A stretch of 64,000 nt of DNA from an uncultured Verrucomicrobiae bacterium. GTDB lineage: Bacteria > Verrucomicrobiota > Verrucomicrobiia > Limisphaerales > JAFGQR01. Below, piece by piece: positions 1 to 9,844 of this stretch; the first letter of the stretch is position 1; every line of letters begins with the position of its first letter. The notes beneath the pieces were generated by a model, which was given only the letters and a program-made list of their open reading frames with translations, ran no database searches and was not told the DNA's origin. The DNA is taken from contig CAWBHS010000101.1 in NCBI GenBank assembly GCA_963788655.1, positions 12,163 through 76,162 of the forward strand, read 5' to 3'. Position numbers and translations under genes: made by a program.

Positions 1-709
1 ATCGACGATATTCAATTCCTGGCCGGCAAGGAGCGCATCCAGGAGGAATTCTTCCACACCTTCAACACCTTGCACGAATCGCGCAAGCAAATCGTGATGA
101 CCTGCGACCGGCCCGCCAGCGAAATTCAGGGTCTGGAACAACGCTTGGTTTCCCGCTTCGAGTGGGGCTTGGTCACCGACCTGCAACCGCCGGACGTCGA
201 AACCCGCATGGCCATTCTGCGCAAGAAGGAAAAAATGATGGGCGTGGAACTGCCCGGAGGACATCATCAACTTCCTCGCCAACCGGATTCGCACCAATGT
301 GCGGCGGCTGGAAGGCGCGTTGGTGCGGGTGGCGTCTTACGCCTCGCTCACCGGCAAGAAATTGACGGTGGAAGTCGTCGAGAATCTGCTGCGCGAAGTC
401 CTGCACGAAGAAGGCCGTTTTTCGCTGACCATCGAGTCGATCCAGAAAAAGGTCGCGGAACATTTCGACATTCGCCTGGCGGACATGGCCAGCAAACGCC
501 GTCCAGAAAACATCGCCTTCCCGCGCCAGATCGCGATGTATTTGTCGCGCCAAATCACCGAAAGCTCCTTGAACACCATCGGCGAGGCCTTCGGCGGACG
601 CGACCACGGTACGGTCTTGCACGCCTTCCGCTTGGTGAAAGACCGGATGGACATGGATGCTCACGTCCGGCAGGTGGTTAGTTACCTGGAAAAACAATTG
701 ATGCGCTAG
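1..709 (+). CDS. dnaA: Chromosomal replication initiator DnaA, C-terminal part (5'-truncated by window; 1-bp frameshift near 255)
   Basis: Frame 1 reads [24 protein letters not shown]...[15 protein letters not shown] (Walker B/AAA+). The 299..709 frame continues RRLEGAL...RQIAMYL...[12 protein letters not shown] (domain IV signature). Confidence 0.97.
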
Positions 710-734
710 GCCGCCCGTCATCGATCTGAAACCC

Positions 735-761
735 GTAGGACAGGCGTCCCCCTGTCTCGAA
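735..761. repeat. Single GTAG-type REP arm (GTAGGACAGGCGTCCC..CTGTCTCGAA)
   Basis: Near-identical to the arms of the element at 33027-33163. Confidence 0.75.
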
Positions 762-818
762 TGCCCAAAGAGTGTCCGATCTCTTTGAAACGTCCATTGA
801 CTCATGTCCACCCAATCT

Positions 819-968
819 CGCGAAGCGTTTGGAGTGCGTGGAGCTTGCTCCCGCTTTCGGCAGAAGTTGCGCTGGCACAAGCCCTCAATCCCGGCACGGA
901 AAAGCTTGGCGCGTTTCGCTAATGCCGAAAGCGCCGGCAAGCCGGACGCACTCCAAACGCTGGCGCGA
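819..968. repeat. REPIN-like palindromic element, family A (GCGTTTGGAGTGCGTGGAGCTTGCTCCCGCT ... AAAGCGCCGGCAAGCCGG.CGCACTCCAAACGC)
   Basis: Inverted arms; near-identical copies at 35947-36093 and 37852-37977. Confidence 0.9.
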
Positions 969-1046
969 CGGACTCCGCACAATTCGCAATCGTGCCGCGT
1001 TGATGCATCGCCCCGCAGTTATCGCTCGTCGGCGACGGCACCTTAA

Positions 1047-2072
1047 ATGACCGCTCCTAGAAATTCCCTTTCGCGCACGGCCTCTACTCCATCCCAGCCG
1101 GTCATTTCGGTAGTCAATCTGACCAAAACCTTTCGCACGTACAAAAAGTTGCCGGGATTTCGCGGCGCGCTCAAAGGGCTCGTCCGCCGCCAGTACGAAA
1201 CCACCGTGGCGGTCAAAGAAGTCAGCTTCGCGGTTGAACAAGGTGAATTGGTCGGATTTCTGGGACCCAACGGCGCCGGCAAGACCACGACTCTGAAAAT
1301 GCTCTCCGGGCTGTTGTATCCCACCAGCGGAACCGCCACGGTCCTCGATTACGTGCCTTGGAAACGCGAAGACGGCTATCGTCGCCAGTTTGCCTTGTTA
1401 CTGGGTCAAAAGAATCAACTGTGGTGGGACCTGCCCGCCCGCGAATCGCTCGAGCTCAACGCCAAGATTTACGGAATTCCTGACCCGGTCTTCGAGCGAA
1501 CCGTGGCCGAGTTGACCGAATTGTTGCGGGTGCAGGATAAACTCAACGTCATGGTACGGGAACTCTCGCTGGGTGAACGCATGAAGATGGAGTTGATCGC
1601 GGCCTTGCTGCACCAGCCCAAAGTCCTGTTCTTGGACGAGCCCACTATCGGCCTGGACGTGGTGTCCCAGAAAATCGTGCGTGAATTCCTGCGGGACTAC
1701 AATGCCCGGCGCCGCACCACCATCCTGTTGACCAGCCACTACATGGCGGACATCCAGGAACTGTGTCGGCGCGTGATCATCATCGACCATGGCACGATCT
1801 ATTTCGATGGCCCGCTGAGCGAGATCAGCGACCGGGTGGCGAATTTCAAGCTGGTCACCATCCGCTGCGATGATGCCGACCAATACTCGCCCGCCGAACT
1901 CGCTCCCTACGGCGAAGTCGTCAGCCAAAGCGGCGAGCTGATCAAATTCAAGGTCAAACGCGACGCGGTGATTTCGGCGTGCAAAGCCCTGTTGGACCAT
2001 CTGCCCGTGCGGGACATTGACATCCAGGAAGTCCCGATCGAGGACGTGATCCGCCAAATCTTTTCCCGCTGA
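1047..2072 (+). CDS. ABC-2 type exporter ATP-binding subunit
   Basis: Walker A GPNGAGKTT, signature LSLGERMK, Walker B VLFLDEPT, H-loop TSHYM. Confidence 0.93.
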   Translation: MTAPRNSLSRTASTPSQPVISVVNLTKTFRTYKKLPGFRGALKGLVRRQYETTVAVKEVSFAVEQGELVGFLGPNGAGKTTTLKMLSGLLYPTSGTATVLDYVPWKREDGYRRQFALLLGQKNQLWWDLPARESLELNAKIYGIPDPVFERTVAELTELLRVQDKLNVMVRELSLGERMKMELIAALLHQPKVLFLDEPTIGLDVVSQKIVREFLRDYNARRRTTILLTSHYMADIQELCRRVIIIDHGTIYFDGPLSEISDRVANFKLVTIRCDDADQYSPAELAPYGEVVSQSGELIKFKVKRDAVISACKALLDHLPVRDIDIQEVPIEDVIRQIFSR

Positions 2073-2128
2073 GCCTTCCTCCAAGAGACTGCTGACAAGC
2101 CCGGCGGCGCCGGTTATCGTTGGTGCCC

Positions 2129-2911
2129 GTGACACACTGGACCACCATCTTGGCCGCCGGATTTGGCGTGTTGTTCATCGGTCTATCCAAGGCCGGATTC
2201 GGCGGCGGCCTGGGCATGCTCACCACGCCCATCTGCGTGCTGGCCTTTGGGATGATCGGCAAGAATCCCACATTCGCCATCGGCACTTTGCTCCCGCTGT
2301 TATGCCTGGGCGACGCGTTCTCGCTGTACCATTACTGGGGCAAGTGGGAATTGAAGAATCTCAAATACCTGCTACCCGGCGTGGTGGTCGGCGTTCTCGG
2401 GGGAGTGCAACTCATCGGGCAATTCTCTCCGCGGCAACTCAACCTGGCCATCGGCATTCTGGCAGTTGCTTTCGTGGTATTCCAATTCGTGAAAGGAAAG
2501 ATTTTCGCTGCCGAAGGAGCGTTTGCCCCGAATCACAAGATCGGCATTCCTTGCGGCTTGGGGACGGGCATCGCCTCGTCGTTCGCACACGGCGCGGGAC
2601 CGGTGGTGGCGGTGTTTCTGATCCCGCAACGGCTGCCCAAGGAAATCTATGTGGGCACCACCGTGGCGGTCTTTGCCTGGGTGAACTGGATCAAGATGCC
2701 GTTCTTCGCCTGGCAGGGCATTATCACCCACGACACGCTGTTGACCGGACTGTACTATTCGCCCCTGGTCCCGCTCGGCGTCTGGCTGGGAGTGTGGCTA
2801 AATCGGCGGTTCTCGGAGTCAATGTTCCTCAAGGCGGTCTATGTGCTGACATTCCTCGCGGGCCTGCAACTGATTTTCGACTTCAACCTGGGAAAGTTGT
2901 TTGGAAGATAA
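2129..2911 (+). CDS. Sulfite exporter TauE/SafE (TSUP) family membrane protein
   Basis: GLSKAGFGGGLG and SSFAHGAGP motifs with about 8 hydrophobic segments. GTG start follows CTGACA-N17-TATCGT. Confidence 0.88.
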   Translation: MTHWTTILAAGFGVLFIGLSKAGFGGGLGMLTTPICVLAFGMIGKNPTFAIGTLLPLLCLGDAFSLYHYWGKWELKNLKYLLPGVVVGVLGGVQLIGQFSPRQLNLAIGILAVAFVVFQFVKGKIFAAEGAFAPNHKIGIPCGLGTGIASSFAHGAGPVVAVFLIPQRLPKEIYVGTTVAVFAWVNWIKMPFFAWQGIITHDTLLTGLYYSPLVPLGVWLGVWLNRRFSESMFLKAVYVLTFLAGLQLIFDFNLGKLFGR

Positions 2912-2915
2912 ACGT

Positions 2916-3869
2916 ATGAAAATTGTGGTACTGGACGGCTACACCATGAATCCCGGCGACTTGAGCTGGGAACGACTTGAGGAGCTGGGCGACTGCGTGA
3001 TTTACGAACGCACGCCGCCCCAAGACACGCTGGCCCGGGCGGAAGGCGCCGACGTTTTACTCACCAACAAGGTGCTGTTGAATCGAGATCTAATTGCTCA
3101 ACTGCCTCAGCTCAAATACATCGGCGTGACGGCGACGGGCGTGAATGTGGTGGAGGTTCAAGCGGCTCGCGAGCGAAACATCACCGTGACGAATGTTCCG
3201 GCCTACAGCACCCGGTCGGTGGCTCAGATGACCTTTGCGTTGTTGTTGGAATTAACGCACCACGTCGGCGACCACGCCCGGGCGGTGCGCGAGGGCCGCT
3301 GGACGCGCTGCCCGGACTTCAGTTTCCAGGACTATCCATTAATCGAATTAGACGGACTGACGATGGGCATTGTCGGCTTTGGCCAGATTGGCCGTGCGGT
3401 AGCGGACCTGGCATTGGCCTTTGGGATGGAAGTGCTGGTCCATACGCGCACGCCGCCCGCTAATCATCCGGCGTCGGTGCAATTCATCGAACGGGACACG
3501 CTTTTCCGTTGCAGTGACGTGATCAGCCTGCACTGTCCGTTGACGCCCGAAACGCACCACCTCGTCAATGCTGACCGTCTGGCCCAAATGCAGCCGACGG
3601 CGTTCCTGATCAACACGGGCCGCGGTCCGTTGGTGGACGAACCCGCCCTGGCGCAGGCGCTTGAAGACGGGCAATTAGCCGGGGCAGCCTTGGACGTTTT
3701 GTCCACCGAACCGCCGCCAGCCGATCATCCGTTGTTGAGCGCCAAGAATTGCCTGATCACCCCGCACCATGCCTGGGCGACGCGGGCGGCGCGGACGCGG
3801 CTGATGGAAATCACGGTGGCCAATCTCCGGGCCTTCATCGAGGGCAAGCCGCAGAACGTGGTGGGGTGA
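2916..3869 (+). CDS. D-2-hydroxyacid dehydrogenase (glycerate dehydrogenase/hydroxypyruvate reductase type)
   Basis: MKIVVLDGYTMNPGDLSW start, GIVGFGQIG, LINTGRG, DVLSTEP, TPHHAW. Confidence 0.92.
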   Translation: MKIVVLDGYTMNPGDLSWERLEELGDCVIYERTPPQDTLARAEGADVLLTNKVLLNRDLIAQLPQLKYIGVTATGVNVVEVQAARERNITVTNVPAYSTRSVAQMTFALLLELTHHVGDHARAVREGRWTRCPDFSFQDYPLIELDGLTMGIVGFGQIGRAVADLALAFGMEVLVHTRTPPANHPASVQFIERDTLFRCSDVISLHCPLTPETHHLVNADRLAQMQPTAFLINTGRGPLVDEPALAQALEDGQLAGAALDVLSTEPPPADHPLLSAKNCLITPHHAWATRAARTRLMEITVANLRAFIEGKPQNVVG

Positions 3870-3951
3870 TCGGCCAACCCAAGCCAAAGGATTCACGTCT
3901 ACTACCGATAGAACTGGTTGACCCGTTCGGCCCAGTGGCCTTGGTTCGGCT

Positions 3952-4490
3952 TCATTTCAATCTGCCATTCATGGTAAACGGCTCCGTGCAAACCTTGAAT
4001 GGGATCTGTGAACTCCAAACGAAATCCTGCAGCTTGGGCGGCAGCTTCTGAGCGATGCTGACGGGTAGCCAAGCAAGTGGCCAGACAAGCCGTGGGGGCG
4101 GCAAGAAGCATAGAGTTGCTTCATTGGTGGCATCGCGCCGGACCAAGGCTTCAAAGCTGAATCCCGAGTGACCGGACACCGTATGCGCCTCCAGACCTCC
4201 ACCGCGAGAGGCAAAATATGCGTTCGGAGATTGCGTGCAAGGTATATCCCGCACTAGAAAATTCTGCCAGCTCATAGGCAGGGAAACGAACTCACGCGTG
4301 CTCATGTTGGTAACGTCGATGATCGCACAAACATAATCACCTTGAAAAACGGTGTAATGATTCGTGATGAATCCGCGAACAACCTTAGCGGCGGGTCTCC
4401 CCCGGTGGGGGCACAGCAATAAATCATGGCGAGGGCCGCGGCGAAGGTAACGCTCCCCAAGATGATACGCTTGTGCCCAACCACGTTCAT
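3952..4490 (-). CDS. Hypothetical protein with N-terminal hydrophobic segment (probable frameshift near 4370)
   Basis: ATG at 4490 overlaps the epimerase stop (ATGA). The signal-like N-terminus of ORF 4302..4490 appears to continue in ORF 3952..4506. Confidence 0.4.
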
Positions 4491-5461
4491 GTCGCCGCCC
4501 CATCACTCAATTGGGAATGGTTTTGAAACCATTCCACAAACCGGGGAATGCCTTGCTCGATTTTAACTTTGGGCACGTAGTCCAACAACCGCTGCGCCTT
4601 GGCGATATTGGCGTAAGTGATCGGCACGTCCCCCGGCTGCGGTGGCTGGCGATCAATGATGGCTTTCCTGCCCAAAGCCGATTCCAATAACTCGATCAAC
4701 CGCGACAATTGAACGGTCTGCGATTCACCGAGGTTGATGATCTCGAAACCGAACTCCTTTTTCGTGGTCGCCATCACGCCCTCCAGCGTATCGGTGACGT
4801 ATGTGTAGTCACGTGCCGTCGAACCATCGCCGAACACCGGAATCGGTTTCCCGGCGGCAATCAAACGGGCAAATTTGTGGATGGCCAGATCGGGTCGTTG
4901 GCGGGGGCCATACACCGTGAAGAATCGAAGCATCACAATGTCCAAGCCATAAACATGGTGGTAAACATGTCCCAGCGCTTCGTCGGCGAGCTTGCTGGCC
5001 GCGTACGGTGAAATCGCCGAAAAAATTGGATCGTCTTCGGAGAACGGCACCTTGGCATTGACGCCGTAAACGGACGAAGACGAGGCGATGGTCAACTTCT
5101 TCACTCCATTGTGGCGGGCCGCTTCGAGCAGGTGGACCGTCCCCTCCACATTGACTCGCTGGTAGAGGGCTGGCTCCGCCAGGCTGGGCCGCACTCCCGC
5201 CCGCGCCGCCAAGTGAATGATCTGGTCAAATTGGACGCGGCCCAACAATTCATCCACCGCGGCACGATCGGTGAGATCCCCCTTCACAAAGGTAAAGCGC
5301 TGCCCCCGGCTCTGTAGCTCGTTCAGGTTTTGCTGTTTGATCGCGGGATCATAAAAGTCGTTTAAATCGTCAAACGCCCACACGGCATGCTCGGTCTCTA
5401 ACAACCGTTCACAAACATGCGATCCAATAAATCCCGCGCCGCCAGTTACCAAGAAATTCAT
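4487..5461 (-). CDS. NAD-dependent epimerase/dehydratase (UDP-glucuronate 4-epimerase-like)
   Basis: TGGAGFIG, HLAARAGVRPS, SSSSVYG, YAASK, LRFFTVYGPRQRPDLA. Confidence 0.93.
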   Translation of the reverse strand: MNFLVTGGAGFIGSHVCERLLETEHAVWAFDDLNDFYDPAIKQQNLNELQSRGQRFTFVKGDLTDRAAVDELLGRVQFDQIIHLAARAGVRPSLAEPALYQRVNVEGTVHLLEAARHNGVKKLTIASSSSVYGVNAKVPFSEDDPIFSAISPYAASKLADEALGHVYHHVYGLDIVMLRFFTVYGPRQRPDLAIHKFARLIAAGKPIPVFGDGSTARDYTYVTDTLEGVMATTKKEFGFEIINLGESQTVQLSRLIELLESALGRKAIIDRQPPQPGDVPITYANIAKAQRLLDYVPKVKIEQGIPRFVEWFQNHSQLSDGAAT

Positions 5462-5579
5462 GACGAAGCTTAACAAAACCAAACATCGGTTGGCAACGAC
5501 GAGCGACCGGGTGCCGACAGCGCGGCTGGTCGCTGCAAAACCAACCGTCACAGCTACGTTGCGCAGTCGAACATGCGTC

Positions 5580-5823
5580 CTGACCTGCGAGTTTGCGCAT
5601 CGTCAAGCCGTCGCCCTCTGCCCGTGCAATCCCGCCGCCGTTTGGCGATACGCGGATTATCTGCTCCAGCGTCAACGGACCAACGACGCGAAGATTCTCA
5701 TCGAGACGACGCTCAGAATTGATCCGGAGAAACACATGGATGTCAGTTCTGACCTGCCAAAGAATTCGTTGGGAAAAGTTGCGCGCTAAAGCCAAAGAAC
5801 TTTCCGTGAATTCTGATAAGTAA
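5580..5823 (+). pseudogene. Fragment of a TPR-like protein C-terminus
   Basis: EFAHRQAVALCPCNPAAVWRYADYLL...LRIDPE is TPR-like. No credible start; possible frameshift near 5775. Confidence 0.35.
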
Positions 5824-5927
5824 CTGCCGCGCGCCGGCTTGAATGAGAAGCGCAAAACGTTGGCGGTGCAGATAAAATGCGGCCGGCGCAACCTCTGGCC
5901 AATATGCTCGCGCCAGGCGGAGTCCAC

Positions 5928-6914
5928 TCAGTACCACTGCCGCAGCCGAACTTCGATGCCCAGATCGGTGCCGACCAACCATTTGAACCGGTTCACATCG
6001 CTGCCAGAATAGTGGTAGGGATAGACGACCCGGGGACGGAAGTCGCGCACGGCGTCAGCCGCCGCCTCCATGGTCATGGTGTAGGGCAAATTCATGCAAA
6101 TGAAGGCGACATCGATGTTCGCCAAGGCGCGCATTTCCGGCACGTCCTGAGTGTCGCCGCTGATGTAAATTCGTTTCCCCCCGATGGACAGCACATACCC
6201 GTTGCCCTTGCCAGGTGGATGATAGACGGTTTGGTTGGTCGGGAAGTTGTAGGCGGGCACCGCTTCCACCTCGATCCCAAAAAGATTGGTCGTGTCGCCA
6301 TTGGCCAAAACGGTGGTCTGGCTGCGATGCGGGGACATGGCACTCAGGTTGTAAACGGCCAGCGGCGCGAGAATGACTGTGCTGGACTTCTTCACCGCCG
6401 TGATGGCCGAGGCGTCGAAATGATCATTGTGCTCGTGGCCGATCAGGATCAGATCCGCGCGTGGCAAACCGCTGTATAAACTCGTCGGGCTGTCTGGATC
6501 GTTGTAAATCATCAAGCCGTGCCACTGCATGACGAAGGTCGCGTGATAGCGCGGTTGGATGATGACGTCGCCATTGGTGGTGTTCAGATGGTCCCCAGCC
6601 AAGATGTTATCGCCGGACAATTGCTGCACTCGATAGAATCGTCGATCCCAAAATGGCGCGGCGGAATCCATGTGAAGCAAGGAAGTGGTCGTGTTGGTCG
6701 GGAACGTGACGAGTGCGGTCCAGTCGAACAAGTTTGTCGCCATTTCGAGGCGGTACGCGCGACCGACCGGTGCGTTGATGGTCAAAGCTATTTCACGGTT
6801 GGTCAGTCGCCGGATGTCCGTGAATTGAATCGTTTGGGCCGGCAGCGAAGTCAGCCACACTGCACCAAAACCTGCCAAACAAAGTCCTCTCCACAAAACA
6901 TGTCGTGCTTTCAC
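5928..6914 (-). CDS. Secreted MBL-fold metallo-hydrolase with an N-terminal 'TNL..W..FYR' beta module
   Basis: Signal peptide, HEHNDH (HxHxDH), YISGDT, YPYHY. Confidence 0.88.
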   Translation of the reverse strand: MKARHVLWRGLCLAGFGAVWLTSLPAQTIQFTDIRRLTNREIALTINAPVGRAYRLEMATNLFDWTALVTFPTNTTTSLLHMDSAAPFWDRRFYRVQQLSGDNILAGDHLNTTNGDVIIQPRYHATFVMQWHGLMIYNDPDSPTSLYSGLPRADLILIGHEHNDHFDASAITAVKKSSTVILAPLAVYNLSAMSPHRSQTTVLANGDTTNLFGIEVEAVPAYNFPTNQTVYHPPGKGNGYVLSIGGKRIYISGDTQDVPEMRALANIDVAFICMNLPYTMTMEAAADAVRDFRPRVVYPYHYSGSDVNRFKWLVGTDLGIEVRLRQWY

Positions 6915-7026
6915 AATGTTAAAAGACGGGTGGCGTTCATTCGAGGTTGCACATTATCGTCTGAATTTTGCTGCCCTTGCGATCAACCCGTTTCCGGGTC
7001 CGAATTGCCAACCGGCGCCCACGATT

Positions 7027-7200
7027 GGTAGGACGCTCCCCAGCCCTGACTTTTCTGAAGCACCGTGTTAAAACACGTGATGAAAAATGGGAAACCTTTG
7101 ACGTTCGGGCCCGCGCATTCTGGAGGCTTCCCGCGGCTTCGGATTGCGGCTTTTGGAAGCGACGAGGGGAAGTCAGGGCTCGACGGAGTCTCGCCCTACC
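7027..7200. repeat. REPIN/MITE-like element, family B (GGTAGGGCGAGACTCCGTCGAGCCCTGACTT arms)
   Basis: Degenerate left arm 7027-7053, intact right arm 7170-7200. Second copy of similar length at 53911-54081. Confidence 0.8.
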
Positions 7201-7220
7201 CAACCGGTGTGGCCGCCAGG

Positions 7221-7311
7221 TCGCGGAGGGCGGCAGCCCTCTGCCGCTGTCGAACGCGCGGCACCCAAGCAAGGCGGCAGAGGGCGGCCGCACTCCAAGA
7301 CGCTGCCGCGA
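7221..7311. repeat. REP-like palindrome related to family A (CGGCAGCCCTCTGCCGC ... GCGGCAGAGGGCGGCCGCACTCCAAGACGC)
   Basis: Inverted arms ending in GCACTCCAA.ACGC as in family A. Confidence 0.7.
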
Positions 7312-7442
7312 CTGTCAGTAAGTTCACGGGCTAGACAAATGCCCTTCTTGCCCGCACTTTTCCTCATGTTCTTGATAACCATGTATGAATCGGTGCCGAG
7401 CCGGCCACTGGGACCAATGCTCGCTCTGACGGTTTGCTTAGG

Positions 7443-8501
7443 ATGACCGTGCCTGGCCAACTGGTGGACTCGTTTGGTCGCGTGTTGCGCGATCTGCGCG
7501 TCAGCGTCACCGACCGCTGCAATTACCGGTGCCTGTATTGTCTGCCGGAAACCGAAGCGGCGCAGAATTTCTACCGCGGCCACTGGGCCAACCTTCCCGC
7601 GCCGGCGCCCATTGCGCGCCAATGGCAACCGCGCGCCAATTTGTTAACTTTCGAAGAAATCGAACGGGTTGTTCGCCTGGCCACCAGTTTGGGAATTACG
7701 AAAGTCCGCCTGACTGGCGGAGAACCCTTGCTCCGGCAGGACGTGGAACATTTGGTGGCGCGGCTTGCGGTCATTCCCGGTGTCCACGACCTGGCAATGA
7801 CTTGCAACGGATTCCTATTTCGACACAAAGGCCGGGCGCTGCGCGACGCCGGATTACGGCGGATCAGCTTCAGCCTGGACTCGTTGGACCGGGAGAACTT
7901 CAAGCGAATCACCGGCCGCGATGCCCTCGATGAGGTTTTGGCCAGCATCAAAGAAGCGCAGGAACTCGGGCTGAATCCCGTCAAGGTCAATGCCGTGATC
8001 ATTCGCGATCTGAACGACCATGAGATTGAATCGCTGGCCGAGTTTGGCCGACGTCACCAGCTCAGTATGCGGTTCATCGAGTTCATGCCGCTCGACTCCG
8101 GCCATGCCTGGCAGCGGGAACTGGTAGTGAGTGGAAAGGAGATTGTGCAGCGCTTGCAGGCCCGCTATGCGCTGGTGCCCGTGGTGGCGGACAATAAATC
8201 CGAAACCGCCAAACGCTGGACTTACCTGGACGGGCCTGGCGAAGTGGGCATCATTGCCTCGGTCAGTGAACCGTTCTGCGGCCAGTGCAATCGCATCCGG
8301 TTAACTGCGGACGGCAAGATCCGCACCTGCCTGTTCAGCGTGACCGAACACGATTTGCGCGCCCAGTTGCGCGGCGGGGCCACGGATGAAGAACTCGGTA
8401 ATTATTGGCAACGGGTCGTCTGGCAAAAAGAGAAAGGCCACCGGATCGGCCAACCGGAATTCGAATCACCCAGCCGCAGCATGAGTTGCATCGGCGGATA
8501 A
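7443..8501 (+). CDS. moaA: GTP 3',8-cyclase (molybdenum cofactor biosynthesis)
   Basis: LRVSVTDRCNYRCLYC, RLTGGEP, RFIEFMP, FCGQCNRIRLTADG..C, C-terminal IGG. Confidence 0.96.
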   Translation: MTVPGQLVDSFGRVLRDLRVSVTDRCNYRCLYCLPETEAAQNFYRGHWANLPAPAPIARQWQPRANLLTFEEIERVVRLATSLGITKVRLTGGEPLLRQDVEHLVARLAVIPGVHDLAMTCNGFLFRHKGRALRDAGLRRISFSLDSLDRENFKRITGRDALDEVLASIKEAQELGLNPVKVNAVIIRDLNDHEIESLAEFGRRHQLSMRFIEFMPLDSGHAWQRELVVSGKEIVQRLQARYALVPVVADNKSETAKRWTYLDGPGEVGIIASVSEPFCGQCNRIRLTADGKIRTCLFSVTEHDLRAQLRGGATDEELGNYWQRVVWQKEKGHRIGQPEFESPSRSMSCIGG

Positions 8502-8502
8502 T

Positions 8503-9750
8503 GTGTGGCGAAATGAAATGCAAATGAGTCAGCCCTTTAACGACGAACGTAGCAGCGGACGTGAGTCCGCTCAATATTCCGAAACAAGAATTCAGAGCCG
8601 ACTTACGTCGGCGGCTACGGTTGAGCGACTGAACGCGCAACAACTCGATACGGTACGGTTTCCTTCCGATTCACCTTTTAAACGATTTTCTCCATTGCTT
8701 TGGATCGCAGCGGTCGCCCTGTTCGTCGGCGGCTGCGCGACGTGTCCAGTTAATCCAGAAACCGGCCGCCGACCGGCCAAAACACCGGAGCCTTACACCC
8801 AGGTGGCCTATCCGGATGCGGACACGGTGGAATTGCAGATCGCGGTCCGCAAATTTGTGTCGGCACGGCCTGACCAGCCGGTCATCTGGTTGACTGGCGT
8901 TTCCCACATTGGCGATCCAGGTTACTACGAAACGTTGCAGCGGTATCTGGACAAGCAACAGCTCGTTCTCTTCGAAGGCGTCAAGGGATTGGGCGAGCCG
9001 GGGAAGACTCCTTCGTCCCCTGCTCAAGCCGCTTCGAAATCGGAGGCATCGATTGCCGCCGACCCGTCCGATTCGACCGAAGGCCCGTCGCTTCAAGTCA
9101 ACCTGGCCAAGGCTCTTGGTCTGGTATTTCAATTGCAGGCGCTGCATTACAACCGACCACAGTTCCGCAACAGCGATCTGTCCGTGGACCAAATTCAAAA
9201 GCTGATGGTGGACCAGCAAAAGAGCCCAGCCACCCCCACGACCGACAAAGACCCGCCGCCGGAAACGGAGTTTCAAAGCCTCGTCGAAACCATGCAAGGT
9301 ACGTCCTTGTTCGGCGCCGTGGTTTATGCGGTGGTGGAACTTGTCGGCCAAAGCCCGCGACTGCAGGCCATGACCAAACTGGCCATGATCCAATTGCTGG
9401 GCGAGTTCAAGGGAGATTTGAGCCGCGCCGAGTTTCTGCCGCCGGAGATGCGCCAACTCATGGAAGTGCTCATCCAGAAACGCAATCAAGCGGTGATCAC
9501 CGATCTCAAGTCAGCGCTCCAGGAGAAAAATCCGCCGGCCTCGATTTCGATCATCTATGGCGCCGGGCATCTGGCCGATATGGAAATGCGCCTGCGTCAT
9601 CAATTGCACTACTGCCCGGTGGATCAGTTCTGGCTGCCGGTATTCTCGGTGAACACGGAGGAAGCCGGTTTGTCGCAGTTTGAGATCGGTCTCGTTCGCA
9701 GCGTAGTCCGCGCCCAACTGGAGGCGTTGCAGCCAAGCCATCCGCGTTAG
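8503..9750 (+). CDS. Hypothetical lipoprotein, TraB/GumN-like (true start uncertain, possibly downstream of the REP)
   Basis: Lipobox-like FVGGC after a hydrophobic stretch; GVSHIG, LIQKRN and YGAGH motifs. Confidence 0.6.
   Translation: MWRNEMQMSQPFNDERSSGRESAQYSETRIQSRLTSAATVERLNAQQLDTVRFPSDSPFKRFSPLLWIAAVALFVGGCATCPVNPETGRRPAKTPEPYTQVAYPDADTVELQIAVRKFVSARPDQPVIWLTGVSHIGDPGYYETLQRYLDKQQLVLFEGVKGLGEPGKTPSSPAQAASKSEASIAADPSDSTEGPSLQVNLAKALGLVFQLQALHYNRPQFRNSDLSVDQIQKLMVDQQKSPATPTTDKDPPPETEFQSLVETMQGTSLFGAVVYAVVELVGQSPRLQAMTKLAMIQLLGEFKGDLSRAEFLPPEMRQLMEVLIQKRNQAVITDLKSALQEKNPPASISIIYGAGHLADMEMRLRHQLHYCPVDQFWLPVFSVNTEEAGLSQFEIGLVRSVVRAQLEALQPSHPR
8548..8619. repeat. GTAG-type REP doublet, family C (CGTAGCAGCGGACGTGAGT ... 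ACTTACGTCGGCGGCTACG)
   Basis: Inverted arms; related copy at 24816-24889. Confidence 0.8.
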
Positions 9751-9844
9751 CTGGTTTGAAAGTTTTCGAGCAACGCCGGCACTTGCGGAATAGCTGGCAA
9801 TGCCTACAATGTCACGTCTCTGTTTGACGGTTTGACAATTGGTT

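Noticed and set aside
772..1050. Small ORFs containing LECVELAPAF/KAPASRTHSKR (also near 35.9 and 37.9 kb)
   Set aside because: These are translations of the family A palindromic repeat.
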